Below are positions 48,400 to 61,733 of a DNA stretch of 64,000 nt, one piece after another. The notes below the pieces were generated by a model. The model saw only the letters and a program-made list of their open reading frames with translations, was not told where the DNA came from and searched no databases. Every line of letters begins with the position of its first letter. Within the stretch, counting starts at the first letter, position 1. This DNA comes from Okamejei kenojei (taxonomy: Eukaryota): assembly GCA_035221665.1 (NCBI GenBank), contig CM069137.1, forward strand, positions 76,818,001 to 76,882,000, in the 5' to 3' direction. A program made the position numbers and the translations under genes.

Positions 48400-48471
48400 C
48401 TTGCATTTGCATGATCTCTTCTTTTCTTGGTTTTAATTCTTCTGCCATTGGCTTCTTAGGAATGTCTTGCA
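48400..48471 (-). CDS. TTN: Titin PEVK exon (72 nt)
   Basis: (V)QDIPKKPMAEELKPRKEEIMQMQ. Confidence 0.78.
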
Positions 48472-50533
48472 CTTTAAAGCATATTTTTTTAGGATGAGAT
48501 TCATTTAAAAAAACAATTTAAACACTCATGAAATCAGAATGACATTTAACATACAGGACAAATAGAATTAACACAATACATCAAGCAATATATCGAAGAC
48601 AGTTAATAATAACAGCAATATTATAACTATGCTTGGAAAATTCTGTCAGGCAGGGGTAAAATTATTATGTCACTAATTGAAAACCATCAAAACATGTTTT
48701 CCAGTGCTGTTGCCAATGTCTACAGTATCTCAGAGCATATAGTACACAGGATACATAGAAAATGATGGAAATACTTGGGAGGTCAGGCAGCATCAATGGA
48801 AAGAGAAACAGAATTAATATTCTAGATAGAAGAAATGTCATTAGAACTGAAAAGTACAGATGAAGGAACTTTGACATGAAATGTCTGCTTCTTTTTGCAC
48901 ACATGCTGCCTGACCTGCTGAATATTTCTAGACTTTACTGTTTTTATTTCAGAATAGCAACAACGTTTTTTGTTATACACCAATTCTACTATTAGTTCCT
49001 GTAATCGTGAATGAAATACAGTAACTACTTGTTATCTACAGATTTCCAATTAAAAAAAAAGTATACAGGCAAGCTTGGTTGGGCACTATTGGGAGTATTG
49101 GGAAAGATAGTGTGTTCCTACAGAATCCTCTCCAGTGGTATTCAGTGAATCTTGTTTGCCATGACACAGAGTACATTTTCTGTCTTGTGCAAGCACATAA
49201 TGCAATTTTAAATATTACTTGCTGGTACAAGACAAGTAATATCATGTTGTGGCCCAAATGTTGTTCCTTTGCTGTACTTTTCTATTTTTTATGCAATATC
49301 TAATAAGGGAGATTAAGCACTGGGAAAGGTGTGTAGCCAGAATACGGATTTGTCCCACCAGAGCTAGAGTCAGGGTCAGGATCAGGGTAAAAAAACACAT
49401 TGGGGGGGGGGCAGGAAATGGGTAGGTTTGCAGAGTAAGGACCAGAGTATGGGCCGGTTTACAGCTGAATCTTACATAAGTTGTTAACTGTTCTTTTGTT
49501 CTTGGGGTGTGGGGCTGGAGGGAATATCAACCAACAATGTTGAATTCCTTTGCAGTCTTATTGTCATTGATACCATCTACAGTGGTATCTGCATCTTAGT
49601 AATCCGCATGGAGTCAATTTTCCACTCCAATGCAAATAATCAATGTAATATTTATGTTTGAGAAAAATTCCTGGCACGTTTTCCCAATAACTGCATTTCA
49701 AAAATAGGTCTCCAGCTATGAAATTTTGCTGGTTGTCCTGAGGAAGTGGAAAGAGTAACATAAAAGTCAATCACTTTTAACATTCCTTTCCCAATGCTCA
49801 CTTTCTCTTACACATTTTACAGAACATAGAAATGTATAGCACAAGAACAGGCCCTTCGGCCCACACTGTCTGCATCGAACATGATGCCAATTTTTAATCA
49901 TGTCATCCACCTGCACATGATCCATATCCCACCATTCCCTGCAATCGACATATTTTGTGTTATCTAGAACTATGGAGCATAGTCTAGAGCTTGGTGGGGG
50001 GGTTACAGCATGGTCTCAGGACAAGTGATTGGCCATTTGCAGCTGGGATGTGGAAAAAATGTCTTCACACAAAGGAATAGGGTTATAGATGTTCAGTTGC
50101 TGATATATTCAATGCTTAGGGAGATTTTAGGTACAAAGTGAATTGATGAAATCAAGTAAAAAGTGAGTTAGGTGTCCAATCAGTTATGATCTTAATGAGG
50201 AGCAAGCTCATGGCGAAGTATGAATGATATCGCTTCTGTCACTTTTATTTCTTATGTAACAGCTTTTACATCTATAATACTCACATTAATCATGATTTGG
50301 CTGCACAATATAATTTCACAGTTAAAAGATGTAATTGCAAAATATGAATCAATACTGATTTCGCTGAGTTAACATCTTCTATTAGAAAGAGATGTAAAAC
50401 ACAATTTACAACACCATAAAACCATACAAATAACATTCTGGAAGCCAATTGACATCAACAAGACCCAAAAGACCACAAAAAGAAAACAAAACCATAAAAA
50501 TGGAGGAATGATTTTTCCAAAGTATTTTTATAC

Positions 50534-50608
50534 CTGTTACTGTGATAGTTTCTTTTTTTAGCTCAGTGTCCAGCTGAGCTTTTGTATCAAATTGCTTCTT
50601 CTCCAAGT
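50534..50608 (-). CDS. TTN: Titin PEVK-derived exon (75 nt)
   Basis: (D)LEKKQFDTKAQLDTELKKETITVT. Confidence 0.68.
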
Positions 50609-50902
50609 CTTGAAAGAACAGAATTAAGATTTATCAAAGATAGCATCCTTAACATTGAAGCGATTTTTAAAAAGTATAACATAAAACAGACAGGACAGAC
50701 AAATGTAATGCATGATGTTAACATCTCTTCTTATGATAACATAAAGATTATTTCCATAGATATTATACCTACAGGTCATTGAAGTAATTACTGTTGATCT
50801 TTGTGTATCAGTATTTTATCCATTAATTTCAAATCAGTATATTAGATCATTTATAAAAAATTGAGCAAAGACATCTTGAGAAGTTGCTGTGTACATTTAT
50901 AC

Positions 50903-50986
50903 CTTTTCGTGTGACGATTTCCCTTTTCCTTGAAAGAGCAAATATCTCAACTTCCTCCGATATTTCAGGTTTTGAAATCTCTGGCA
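50903..50986 (-). CDS. TTN: Titin PEVK exon (84 nt)
   Basis: (V)PEISKPEISEEVEIFALSRKREIVTRK. Confidence 0.75.
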
Positions 50987-51990
50987 CTTGAATAAATATT
51001 GTGTTTTAAGAGAAAGAATTTAAGAAATTTATGAAAGATATTTGAATAACGTGTTAACTACACAAAACATACATCACAAAAAGACTGAAACCAATATTAT
51101 TCTATTTGGACCTCAGATACAAACATTAATTTGCTGTATGGCTGATAATGAAAATCATCTACCTGATCAATGAGTCTAAATTTGACAGTGTAACTTGTCA
51201 AATTTTTAACTGTGTTTTTGCCAATAACAATGTTTTATTACAATAATAACATAAGCCTCCTTCAAATATTATTCATTCAAGGGTGTATTCATTGAAACAC
51301 AACTGTATGAAAAATAGTTTGGAAAATAATAGGCTGAGTCAAGTAGACATGGAATATGCAGTGCAACAGATGCCTGTGCATCTATCATTCTGCTCGTACT
51401 CATCTTTGAAATAGGAAATTCACCTTTCTGATCTTTTGCCAAACAAACTGCAATTGACTAATGTTCTTTTTCCAGAAAAAAAAAGATAAACTGACTTGAT
51501 TAAGGCTTTAAAAATAAACATAAGAAAGAAGATGTAGAGGAATCAAGTTAACTACCCTGAATAAAAAAATCACTCCTAAACCATAAAAATAACCTCTTCA
51601 TTAACTTTCAGGTGATTAAGTTGGATGACCACAAACATTTGCTGGGTCAGAAGGAAAGAATTGAAGATATTGTCACTATATGGTGAAATGGCAGGAGGAA
51701 GATTGTGTGAGGCATAAATACTAGCAGAGATCCATTAAGTTGATTATCTTGTATACATAATTTAAAATTGTATGAAATTCCATGTACATAACAACTAAAG
51801 CACACAAATAACAAACAAAGAAAGAAAACAATAAAAGATTGATTTTTAGATTGGTAAGACCAGGATTTCCACACAAATTGAAAGGATTGTACAAAATTCC
51901 ACACAAGAGTAAAGTGTTCCTGGCAAAAGTATTAAGATTATGATGGTACAAATATATTGTTATATTATGAGTATCTTTGCAGATTTGTAC

Positions 51991-52074
51991 CTTTGATTGG
52001 TGCAACTTCTTCTTTCCTCAGAACAATGGTTGTTTTTTCTTCTGGTATTACTGGCTTTATGGGAACCTCTGGCA
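51991..52074 (-). CDS. TTN: Titin PEVK exon (84 nt)
   Basis: (V)PEVPIKPVIPEEKTTIVLRKEEVAPIK. Confidence 0.82.
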
Positions 52075-52548
52075 CTTAAAATGATATATTTGTTTTAAGA
52101 TAAGATTTACTTAAAGCACACATATATAAAAAAGAGTTAACATATAAATAAGAGGTCAAGAAAATCATTGCAGTTAGCCAATGAGCTCAAAATAGTTTTT
52201 GTTTCTGGAGAAACAATATAATGAATACACCAAGAACAAATGATCTAAGTAAATGAATGGAATATACATTTACTAATTTATTTTACATATGCTACCATCT
52301 GTATAAATATAAAGCACTTTTGTTCAAATATAATGTGTCAACTAACCATATACGAAAATGTAAAATATATTTTGGATTTGAATTAAACATCAATAGGCAA
52401 TTATTACCTTAATGAAAAATATGCTTATGATTTACTAAGAACTCTTCATCAAATCATGAATGTTTGTTTTTCAATTTATTTGTATCAAATTAACAAAAAG
52501 GGTAGTTCTATTGATTAGAATTGTTATTTAGTAAAACTAAGTAAAATA

Positions 52549-52842
52549 GGCGGTTTGGTGGCGCACAGATAGAGTTGCTGCCTTACAGTGCCAGAGATCC
52601 AGGTTCAATCCTGATAGCAGGTGCTGTCTATATGTAGTTTGTTCTCCTCGTAACCTGCATGGGTTTTTTCCTGGCGCTCCCACACTCCAAAGACAAACAG
52701 GTTTGTAGGCTAATTGGCTTGGTAAATTTGTAAATTATCCCAAGTGTGTGTAGGGTAGTGTTAGTATGTGGGGATCGCTAGCTAGCCGGACTCGGTGGGC
52801 CAAAGGGCCTATATCCACCCTGTATCTCTAAACTTATCTAAA
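52549..52842 (+). mobile_element. tRNA-derived V-SINE (HE1-like)
   Basis: A box tggcgca, B box ggttcaatcc, central ctcccacactccaaagac domain, CR1-like 3' tail. Confidence 0.8.
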
Positions 52843-53546
52843 ATGTCTTAAAAATATATATAATTCCAAAATTAAAAAAAAATACTTTGATAAATAAATA
52901 TAGAAATAATGGGGAAGATGTTGCTGTCCTAGGCTACCATCTGGCATTTTTTCATTAATTCTCTTTATGGCCAATGTTACCAGGTTGGTATGTATGGAGG
53001 GACCAATGTAAATCCCTTGACGTATCTGGTTTCTCGTGGCAGGGTCTGAGTGGCAACATGGCCTCTGCTGCATTGAGAAAGCTCTATCCTCCAAAATAAG
53101 GATTTTATAGATAGCAAAGGTCCACTCCTACTTTGCCAGCTACAAAAACCTTAGAAGCCATTTTTGTTTTTAAAATTGCTTCTGACTTTTAGAGGCTTTA
53201 GAAATCCAATAAAATTACATAATTAATATTAAGGAATACAATTAAAAATTAACAACCTCTGAAAACATAAGTTAAAAAAATTGAAGTGATGTAATCAAAA
53301 ATGTAAACCGTCTCCCAATTCACCACCATAATGGATGCTTGGGCCAAACTACAGCAGGATCTAACGGGAAGGCAGGGATTCTTGTCAGAACTATTGTGAT
53401 CCGCTCCAATGAACTCAACGTATGAATTCCACATTGAATACATGATTTGAAGATTCAGCATGAAAGGTACAAATTATTTTCATTCTAACTGTGAAAATGT
53501 TGCCTTGTGAACTAAGTTATTGCAAGCCTGTCATCTGTATGTGTAC

Positions 53547-53630
53547 CTTTAGCTGGAGGGACTTCCTCTTTTCTTGGAACAGTAACGGGTTTAACCTTTT
53601 CAGCAGGTGCCTTCTTGGGAACCTCTGGCA
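53547..53630 (-). CDS. TTN: Titin canonical PPAK exon (84 nt)
   Basis: (V)PEVPKKAPAEKVKPVTVPRKEEVPPAK, a textbook 28-aa PPAK repeat. Confidence 0.9.
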
Positions 53631-53976
53631 CTTCAAAGAACATTATTGCTTTAATAATATGATAAATAAGCCTAACATTCTTGATTACATTAATCAGATA
53701 AGCTAACATAACTGAACATGGCATAAAGATGAAATTGTTCTCTTGACTGAGAATCATTATTGGACAGATAGAAGATTAAACTATTTGATTAATTTACCAA
53801 TATCAGAATGGTGATCTCTTCAATCTGTTCACTTTACCATAAAATAATTTGACTCGGTTGTTTGCTGAGGTCCCATTTTCACAACATTGAATTTTGCAAG
53901 ACCATAATTTCCATTTGGAGCTACAGTGCATGTCAAACACTAATAATCTGGTTCTGACCCTTTGCATTTTTAATAC

Positions 53977-54057
53977 CTGGCATTAGAAGAATCTCTTCTT
54001 GTTGTGTAATGGAAATCCGTTTCACTTCTTCAACAGCTTTCATGGATACTCCTGGAA
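53977..54057 (-). CDS. TTN: Titin PEVK exon (81 nt)
   Basis: (V)PGVSMKAVEEVKRISITQQEEILLMP. Confidence 0.72.
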
Positions 54058-54915
54058 CTTGAAAGAATAATGTATTTTTACCATTACTATTCAGCTGGGA
54101 TTATTTTGATAGTCTGGCAGATGTCTACAATATAGATAACATGAAAAATGCATAACACAATTGACTAATTTAATGATTTGCAAATAACATTGTTTTCACA
54201 ATCGTGATATTTCTGTCTGCTTTCATATTTAAATAAATTACATTTCTATGAAATATCTGTATGAATTTGAAGTTAAATTTTGATTCAATAATAATAATTC
54301 AATACATTACCGTAGACATATTTAGACATTATCAGCACATGCAAACAGCGTTATTGTGAATACCACAAAAGGTTAAATGCATATGTTCAATTATTTTAAA
54401 CATGATAAAGCACATGTATTGAGAAAACTAGGAACTATAAAATTCTGAAATATCTGGCACACTCAGAACTTTGGTGGTGCTGGACTGGCAGATTTTATGT
54501 ACAATAGTTCCCATCAACACATTTTTATTTACAATTTTAAGTTTTACACTGTAATATAATATATTTTCCAGTGAATTCAGCAGGTTTAAAGGGCAGGTGT
54601 GAAACTGGTCCAGAATGCGTTTAATGAAAATGTGGGAAACGTGGCCCTGTTGAGTTTAAAGGGAACGTGGGACCTCGTTCATTCGTTCCGATTATAAAGG
54701 CTAGGTGAAATAAGGCCCCGATGAGTTTAAAAGGGAACTGAGGAAACAGGAGGCAGGGTGAAAGTTGCTGAACCATGGGGATCTTTGAACAATTAGCGTG
54801 GCAGATTATTGGAACTTTAATCGTAGCAATTAAATAAAAAGCAAACTTTTTGAGAACTTGAGACCATGAAGTATGAAGCAAATTAATATAAAATCTGTTA
54901 TGTATTTGTTTTTAC

Positions 54916-54996
54916 CTTTAGTTGGAACAACCTCATCTCTTGACACAGTAAAAGCTGTAATTTCTTCAGATATTGGTTTCTTGTGGATTTCTGGCA
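54916..54996 (-). CDS. TTN: Titin PEVK exon (81 nt)
   Basis: (V)PEIHKKPISEEITAFTVSRDEVVPTK. Confidence 0.8.
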
Positions 54997-55512
54997 CTTT
55001 GGTGAAATTTAAGCAACAAATTATGACATGAAACACATAACGTGGATAACGTTGACAAAGTGATATTTCCTTTTGTAACAACAAACGAGCACTATGATAC
55101 GAATATAATTGCAATATATTCAGAAATGAAGCAATGTATCTTCACTTTACATCGTTTTCAAATTAAATGTCCAGTATTAATGATACGATTATTGTTCAAA
55201 ATGATCATATTCACAAATAACTGACGTTAATTTCTGCATACTTCCAAATGTTGAATAAAATGTTTAATGAATAAATGAATGAAATGAGCAATCTAAATGA
55301 ATAAAATTATTAGATTGCTATTTGCTTAAATTAAAGAGCGTGAATAACCTAAACAATATGAAAAAAAAATGAGTGAAAATAATTCAATACAGTAATCAAT
55401 ATATGAGTAGAGAGACTACAAAAATAAATGGAACTGAAGAGACAAATATATATATATTTTCATAATTATCAACAGAAGTGCACCATGCAGACATAATGTT
55501 GGGTAATCGTAC

Positions 55513-55593
55513 CTGTTTTAGGAGAAATCTCTTCTTTTCTTAGCATAATTCTATCTACATCTTCAACAACAGGCTTCTTAGGAACATCAGGCA
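55513..55593 (-). CDS. TTN: Titin PEVK exon (81 nt)
   Basis: (V)PDVPKKPVVEDVDRIMLRKEEISPKT. Confidence 0.8.
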
Positions 55594-56544
55594 CTTAAAA
55601 AAAACCCCAAATAAATGGTTTAAAAGAATGTACGTTTCTGTCTAATTTATTGTTCAAACAGCCGAGCAGACTGGGGACATTCTTCAATATGATTGCAGTT
55701 TAACTTCATACAAATACCAGGACTTTGTGTCAATGTCTTTCATCGGTGATGTGTGGTAAAAGTTACAACCATTGAAGCAAATTAAACAATAAACCCACAA
55801 TTTACAAACCATCCTTATTTAACTTGAGTGAGTCAGATAGCAAACCTGTTCCGTATAGGCAGTTTATTGGATGAGGTATGTGAAACCTTTTGCTAGTATT
55901 TGCATCCAAACCTCTAAATCATGTCTTCCCTTCCTTTGCCATGGGTGTCCATAAGTCAGGAGGGAATACTTCACCTCCTTTTTATAATAGTCACACGATC
56001 AAGATTTGACATAGTTCTCTCATTTATTTTTCCTGTTTGCCTTGGCTCACCCCTTCTGTCATTATGCTAATTAAGGTGAGCTGACCCTACCTCTTTTCTA
56101 TTCTTCTTGCAGTAGAATTTGATATACAACTACAAGAATACAATCAGTATTGTAAAATGTGAACCACAAACCCAAGAGCTGTAATTGTCATGTCAAGTGA
56201 CAAAACTATCAGCATAAGAATTTACAAGCTTTCCCCTTATCTAACTCTTTGCCGAACCCTACCGTTAATTATACATTTTACTTAACATTGATATTCTATT
56301 TTTTTATTCAGTAAAGTATAATTTTCCAATACCTGTTTCAATTGATGTATTATTGTCAACATTTAATTGATGTATTATTGTCAACAGAATAGTACTAATA
56401 CAATCTATATTATCCATTGACTTGCAACAATAGGAAATCAGAGGAATTCCAAGTCTGAATTTAGTGAATGTCCTTAAAATAATATAACCTTAATAACAAC
56501 AATAAACTAAGGATATATATAGTATAAATCCTTATACATTTTAC

Positions 56545-56589
56545 CTGTTATTGCCTTTTTCTTTTGGACAGGAACTGGTTCCACTGCTT
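56545..56589 (-). CDS. TTN: Titin PEVK short exon (45 nt)
   Basis: tag|(E)AVEPVPVQKKKAIT|gtaaaa, phase 1-1. Confidence 0.6.
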
Positions 56590-57257
56590 CTAATGACACA
56601 TTAAATAATTTATTTTTGATTTAGTAATAGGCTCTCAAAAATTAAAATTATTCAGATTTCTAATGAAATTCATGTAAAACGGATAGAATCTTCCATCACA
56701 GTACTCTACAAACAACCTTTCAGGCACATTACTAGAAACATGGGAAATTCTATTCTAAAAACATAATCCATATATTTAATAGTATTATTCACTGCAATTT
56801 GGGGTTGGTGACACTGCTTGTCAAACATCTAGTACAGCCATCTTGTATTATTGGGAAGATTGAATCTATTTTTTGCGGCATCACCCACAAACCCATCTCA
56901 GAAACTGCTTACCGTCTGAGGCTGAACTAAGTTGTTTGTAACTATGAATTGTCATTTTTATATCAAATGACACCTGTTGTACACAGTCGACTATGTCAAA
57001 TTTTGATATATATAAAGTATAGGTTTTAATGTTTAATTAACTATAATGCAAATGGAAAAATATATTTCAAGGGCGGGGACAGCAAAATAGTTAAAGAACA
57101 TGAAGAAGAAATGAAAACAACACAACATTTAGGGGACGAACATGAATCAGGACATCTGTATTATGACACACATAAAAAGAAACACTCTCTTTCATCAAAG
57201 ATAATGATGATTGTACAAGGAATAATTCTACTATAAAGCATGTGCTGTCTTTTGTAC

Positions 57258-57323
57258 CTGTTATTGTAGTAACCGTTTCTATTCGTGTAACTGATCTCAC
57301 TTCTTCCACAGCAAACTCAGGAA
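57258..57323 (-). CDS. TTN: Titin PEVK exon (66 nt)
   Basis: (V)PEFAVEEVRSVTRIETVTTIT. Confidence 0.7.
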
Positions 57324-57499
57324 CTTATGGATAAAAGAATATCAAAAATGTGGACTTAAAAGAAATGAACATACAAATACACATTACATTAACTAGAAAG
57401 ATGCTGCAAACACATACAGCATTGTGGTAATCACATCATAATTTCTCATTCTGCATTATGGTCTTGGTAATAAGAATCTAGGAACATAGACTCCACTTG

Positions 57500-57680
57500 G
57501 GCAGTGGAGGCCAAGTCACTGGATGGATTTAAGAGAGAGTTAGATAGAGCTCTAGGGGCTAGTGGAGTCGAGGGATATGGGGAGAAAGACGCGGGTTATT
57601 GATAGGGGATGATCAGTCATGATCACAATGAATGGCGGTGCTGGCTCGAAGGGCCGAATGGCCTCCTCCTGCACCTATTT
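57500..57680 (+). mobile_element. CR1 3' end fragment
   Basis: Reverse complement of CR1 3'UTRs elsewhere in the window. Confidence 0.8.
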
Positions 57681-57931
57681 TCAAAATAAGCCATGTTTTG
57701 TTCTATATAACCAATCATAATGCAAGTATCAAATTTATTTTGTGGGCAAGGCCAACAAAATATAGCACAAATACAGAAATAAAATTGGAAAACAGCACAA
57801 ACTGGAAAAAAAAACAAATAGGAAGGTATTGGTTATCTGAAAAGTTTAAAACAAAAATATTTTTCAAGATAATGATCTGATGTTTCTCCAAAGAAACAAT
57901 ACACGTATAAAATGTATGTCTTCTTTTGTAC

Positions 57932-58576
57932 CTTTCAATGGTGCAGTTGTTTCTCTCCGTGTAACTGGTTTCGCTTCTTCAGGAATAAACTCAGGAGGAG
58001 CAATTGCTTTTTTCCGTATAACTGGTTTCACTTCTTCAGGAATAAACTCAGGAGGAGCAATTGCTTCTCTCCGTATAACTGGTTTCACTTCTTCAGGAAT
58101 AAACTCAGGAGGAGCAATTGCTTTTTTCCGTATAACTGGTTTCACTTCTTCAGGAATAAACTCAGGAGGAGCAATTGCTTTTTTCCGTATAACTGGTTTC
58201 ACTTCTTCAGGAATAAACTCAGGAGGAGCAATTGCTTTTTTCCGTATAACTGGTTTCACTTCTTCAGGAATAAACTCAGGAGGAGCAATTGCTTTTTTCC
58301 GTGTAACTGGTTTAGCTTCTTCAGGAATAAACTCAGGAGGAGCAATTGCTTTTTTCCGTGTAACTGGTTTAGCTTCTTCAGGAATAAACTCAGGAGGAGC
58401 AATTGCTTTTTCCCGTGTAACTGGTTTCACTTCTTCAGGAACAAACTCAGGAGGAGCAATTGCTTTTTTCCGTATAACTGGTTTAGCTTCTTCAGGAATG
58501 AACTCAGGAGGAGCAATTGTTTTTTTCCGTGTAACTGGTTCAGCTTCTTCAGGTACATACTCGGGAATCTCAGGCA
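57932..58576 (-). CDS. TTN: Titin PEVK exon with internal 57-bp x11 coding minisatellite
   Basis: 645 nt = 75 + 10x57; unit PEFIPEEVKPVIRKKAIAP. Confidence 0.88.
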
Positions 58577-60055
58577 CTTTAAGAATTTTGGACAAAAGAA
58601 TGTGAAAGATGTAGAATGTTTGAATACGGCAATACACATAACATTAAACACAATGGAGTCACAAATACTTGACACAGTTTACCATTTCATGTTAATCGCA
58701 TAATAATCTAATCTTCTCAATCATTCGATGTTATATATAGATATATCTATCTTACAATGCGTCGTAGATTAAAAGAGCACCAAATACCAAAATTTAGGGA
58801 TATTTTAAATTTCGGCTATCAAGCCATTTGTATCTTTTTAATTCAAATCTCCTCTCCACGTTTTCCAATTCTTCTGGTTGTACTATCTAATTTTATTATG
58901 AACAGTACTCAAATCACCATGTACAGCTATGGGTGTTTTTAGAATCACTTTCCAATAAATCTATCTTGTAAGATCATCATACTTTTAGGATGATATTATG
59001 TTTATGACTGGATATCCTATGCATGCTAGAAGAGTGAAAGCATACCTTCTTGCTAACATTTAACATTTATTTTCAAAATATATTTACAAATGGTAATTCT
59101 GCAGTATTAAAGCTTTCAGGTTTAATATAAAGTGTCACAGAGTGATGGGTATACTCAGATAATTTCCAGGGCATGAAATATCAGAATATTTACATTAATG
59201 TTATTTTTCAAAAATGTAACAGTTTATTAATTTCTACTAGACCAATAATCACATCCATATATTGTCATGTGCATGTATGCTTTGCTAAATGTTTCTAATA
59301 TGCAACTGAATTATTCTTACATTATAAATATTACCATGTGCCACGAGGAAGGAATCATTGTAGAGCAGTCCATTGACCTGATCATCCTGGCATCTACTGA
59401 CTTTATATTTCTTGCTTTGCTATGAGATTGCAGGAGGATGTTATTTCTAGGGGATATTTCCTACCTGAGATTAACTTTTACGAGTATTGTTTAATTTCCC
59501 AGTCATGCTACATTGCATAGGAAATGCCTAATAATGCACTAAATGCATTGAAGGAATTAGTTAATGCAAATTCCAAATAATAGGTCCTTCCATACCTGTC
59601 ATAGTATCTCTGTACTTACAATTTGAATTGTTTCTGTAAAGTGCCAAATATCTGTAAAATTACAGTGAAGGCAATAAAATATCAACCCAAGTTAACCGAT
59701 ATGTAATGTATGAACCCTTTAAATAGTTAAGGTTGGTTTGCGAAAAGTGAGATCCATCTCCTGCTGATTCGCACAGTTTGTGTCACTGGAGTTTGAGATA
59801 TATTAAACTGAAGAAATTAGCTCATAAATAACAGTATAGTTGACAAACAACATCTTACACTAACTTACATAATGAGATGCCCACTGGGCATAAATTTTCC
59901 TTGTAGTTGGTGCTTTATTGTCAATATAATTAAACTGATACAGATGCACAAACAAAGAACGAAACAACATATTGTAAAACAAAATTAATAAATAGCAGAG
60001 CACTGACAATTTGAGGGCTCTAAAAGAGAACAAATGTTTCTACGGTAATGAGAAG

Positions 60056-60285
60056 ATTGTACGTTCTCCCCGTGACCTGCATGGGTTTTCTCCGAGATCT
60101 TCGGTTTCCTCCCACAGTCCAAAGATGTACAGGTTTGTAGGTTAATTGGCAAGGTAAATGCAGAAAATTGTCTTTAGGGGGTGTAGGATAGTGTTAATGT
60201 ACGGGGATCGCTGGTCGGCGCGGGCCCGGTGGGCCGAAGGGCCTGTTTCCATACTGTATCTTTAAACTAAACTAAAAAACTAAAA
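60056..60285 (+). mobile_element. 5'-truncated HE1-like SINE
   Basis: Homologous to 52640-52842, (ctaaa)n tail. Confidence 0.8.
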
Positions 60286-60335
60286 CACTATGTATTGAAA
60301 AATAAATATTAGAAGAATGCATGTGCCTTTTGTAC

Positions 60336-60410
60336 CTTTTATTGGAACAACCTTTTCTTTTTGTGTAACTCGTTTCACTTCTTCAGGAACATATTCTGCA
60401 ACCTCAGGCA
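60336..60410 (-). CDS. TTN: Titin PEVK exon (75 nt)
   Basis: (V)PEVAEYVPEEVKRVTQKEKVVPIK. Confidence 0.82.
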
Positions 60411-60878
60411 CTTCAAGAGATTTAATTTTTGGAGAAACATATTAGACATAAACATATTTTGACACAGCAATACATAAAACATTAACCACAAAATAAACAA
60501 CTGATAAATTACATGATCTGTTATCTTGAGAAAGTAATTCAAGATGCTCTCATCTGTGTTATAGTTTAGAAGAATTCAAAATGTATGAAATTCTAATGTG
60601 GCAGGGTCTCTACCCTCTGCCTCCACAGATACTGCCTTACCCACCAAATTCCTTCATCAGTTTGTTTTTGCTCCAGATTCCATCTTCAATCTCTTGTGTC
60701 CTCAAGATTTTCTGTTATCAGTTTTAGAGAACAATGCTAATGCCTCCAACCCCATCTGTATATTTTAATTATATATATTATACTACTCTTTATTGATAAA
60801 TAACTGAAACATAAATATCGCAATACTGCATTTCCAGCTGCAATCTGGAAGGAACATAAGAATTATTTGGCTTTGTTA

Positions 60879-61172
60879 AGGGCCTGTCCCACTTTCCCGA
60901 GTTAGTCACGAATTCTCCCGCATTTTCAAACTCGCAGAATGCTCGTAACGGGTCCGTAGGCGGCCGTAGGAGTCCGTGGATATATCGTAGTGGCACGTTA
61001 TGCCAGCCGTAGTTACTCGGGGAATCAGGTAAGTCAGGGCATTTTTTCGGCCTGATGAAAAATGTCCACGAGTAAAGAAATAGCCCCGAGTACCTACGGC
61101 TGGCATAACGAGCTGCTACGATATATCCACGGATGAATATATGTGAATAACTCAGGAAAGTAGGTCAGGCCT
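60879..61172. mobile_element. PIF/Harbinger-type MITE
   Basis: TTA|agggcctgtcccactttcc...ggaaagtaggtcaggcct|TTA. Confidence 0.82.
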
Positions 61173-61733
61173 TTACATTGATAGCTACTATCAATGCTAT
61201 CCTAATCCTGTCCTCATCTTGCTTTGAAGGTAGAACTATAGTTCTAACAGGTCGATTATATTATTGTGGACATCCCTAAAGTTATATGGTTACTTACTAA
61301 CATTCAGGTAGTGATAAGGTCATGTGATATGAGCAGAATTAGGCCATTTGGCCTATCGAATTTACTCCACCATTCAATCATGGTTGATCTATCTCTAATC
61401 AAGAATCTACCTATCTCTTTAGGTAGTTAATTATGTCACTGAAAATAAGCCTCCCGTTAGGTGCCCCTTTCCCCTTCTCCTCCTCCAATTCCTCCCTTCC
61501 CCCTTCTCCTCTCCCAACAGTTTGCCCTCTGTATGCAATGGGAACAAAAACCTAATATATCATTCCTGGAGCAACCGACATGTGCAAATGTCGGAAGACA
61601 GCACACTGTTTCAGTGCTAGATACACAACTCTGTGTACTGCTGTAAATGTAGCCAACTCTAGATAGCAACAATCATTTATAAAATTGCAGTATTAGCAAG
61701 AAAAAAAAATCCAAGAATTTGTAAGTACTCATT

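Noticed and set aside
52549-52625. tRNA gene
   Set aside because: A/B boxes belong to a SINE head that continues into V-domain and LINE-like tail sequence; no complete cloverleaf
57880-58703. Long plus-strand ORFs (241 and 263 aa) and a CRISPR-like regular repeat
   Set aside because: Antisense shadows of the 57-bp coding minisatellite; no unique spacers, no cas genes, vertebrate locus
61050-61085. CTGATGA...GAAA hammerhead-like motif inside a MITE
   Set aside because: No stem II or stem I pairing; the related MITE at 27850 lacks the motif
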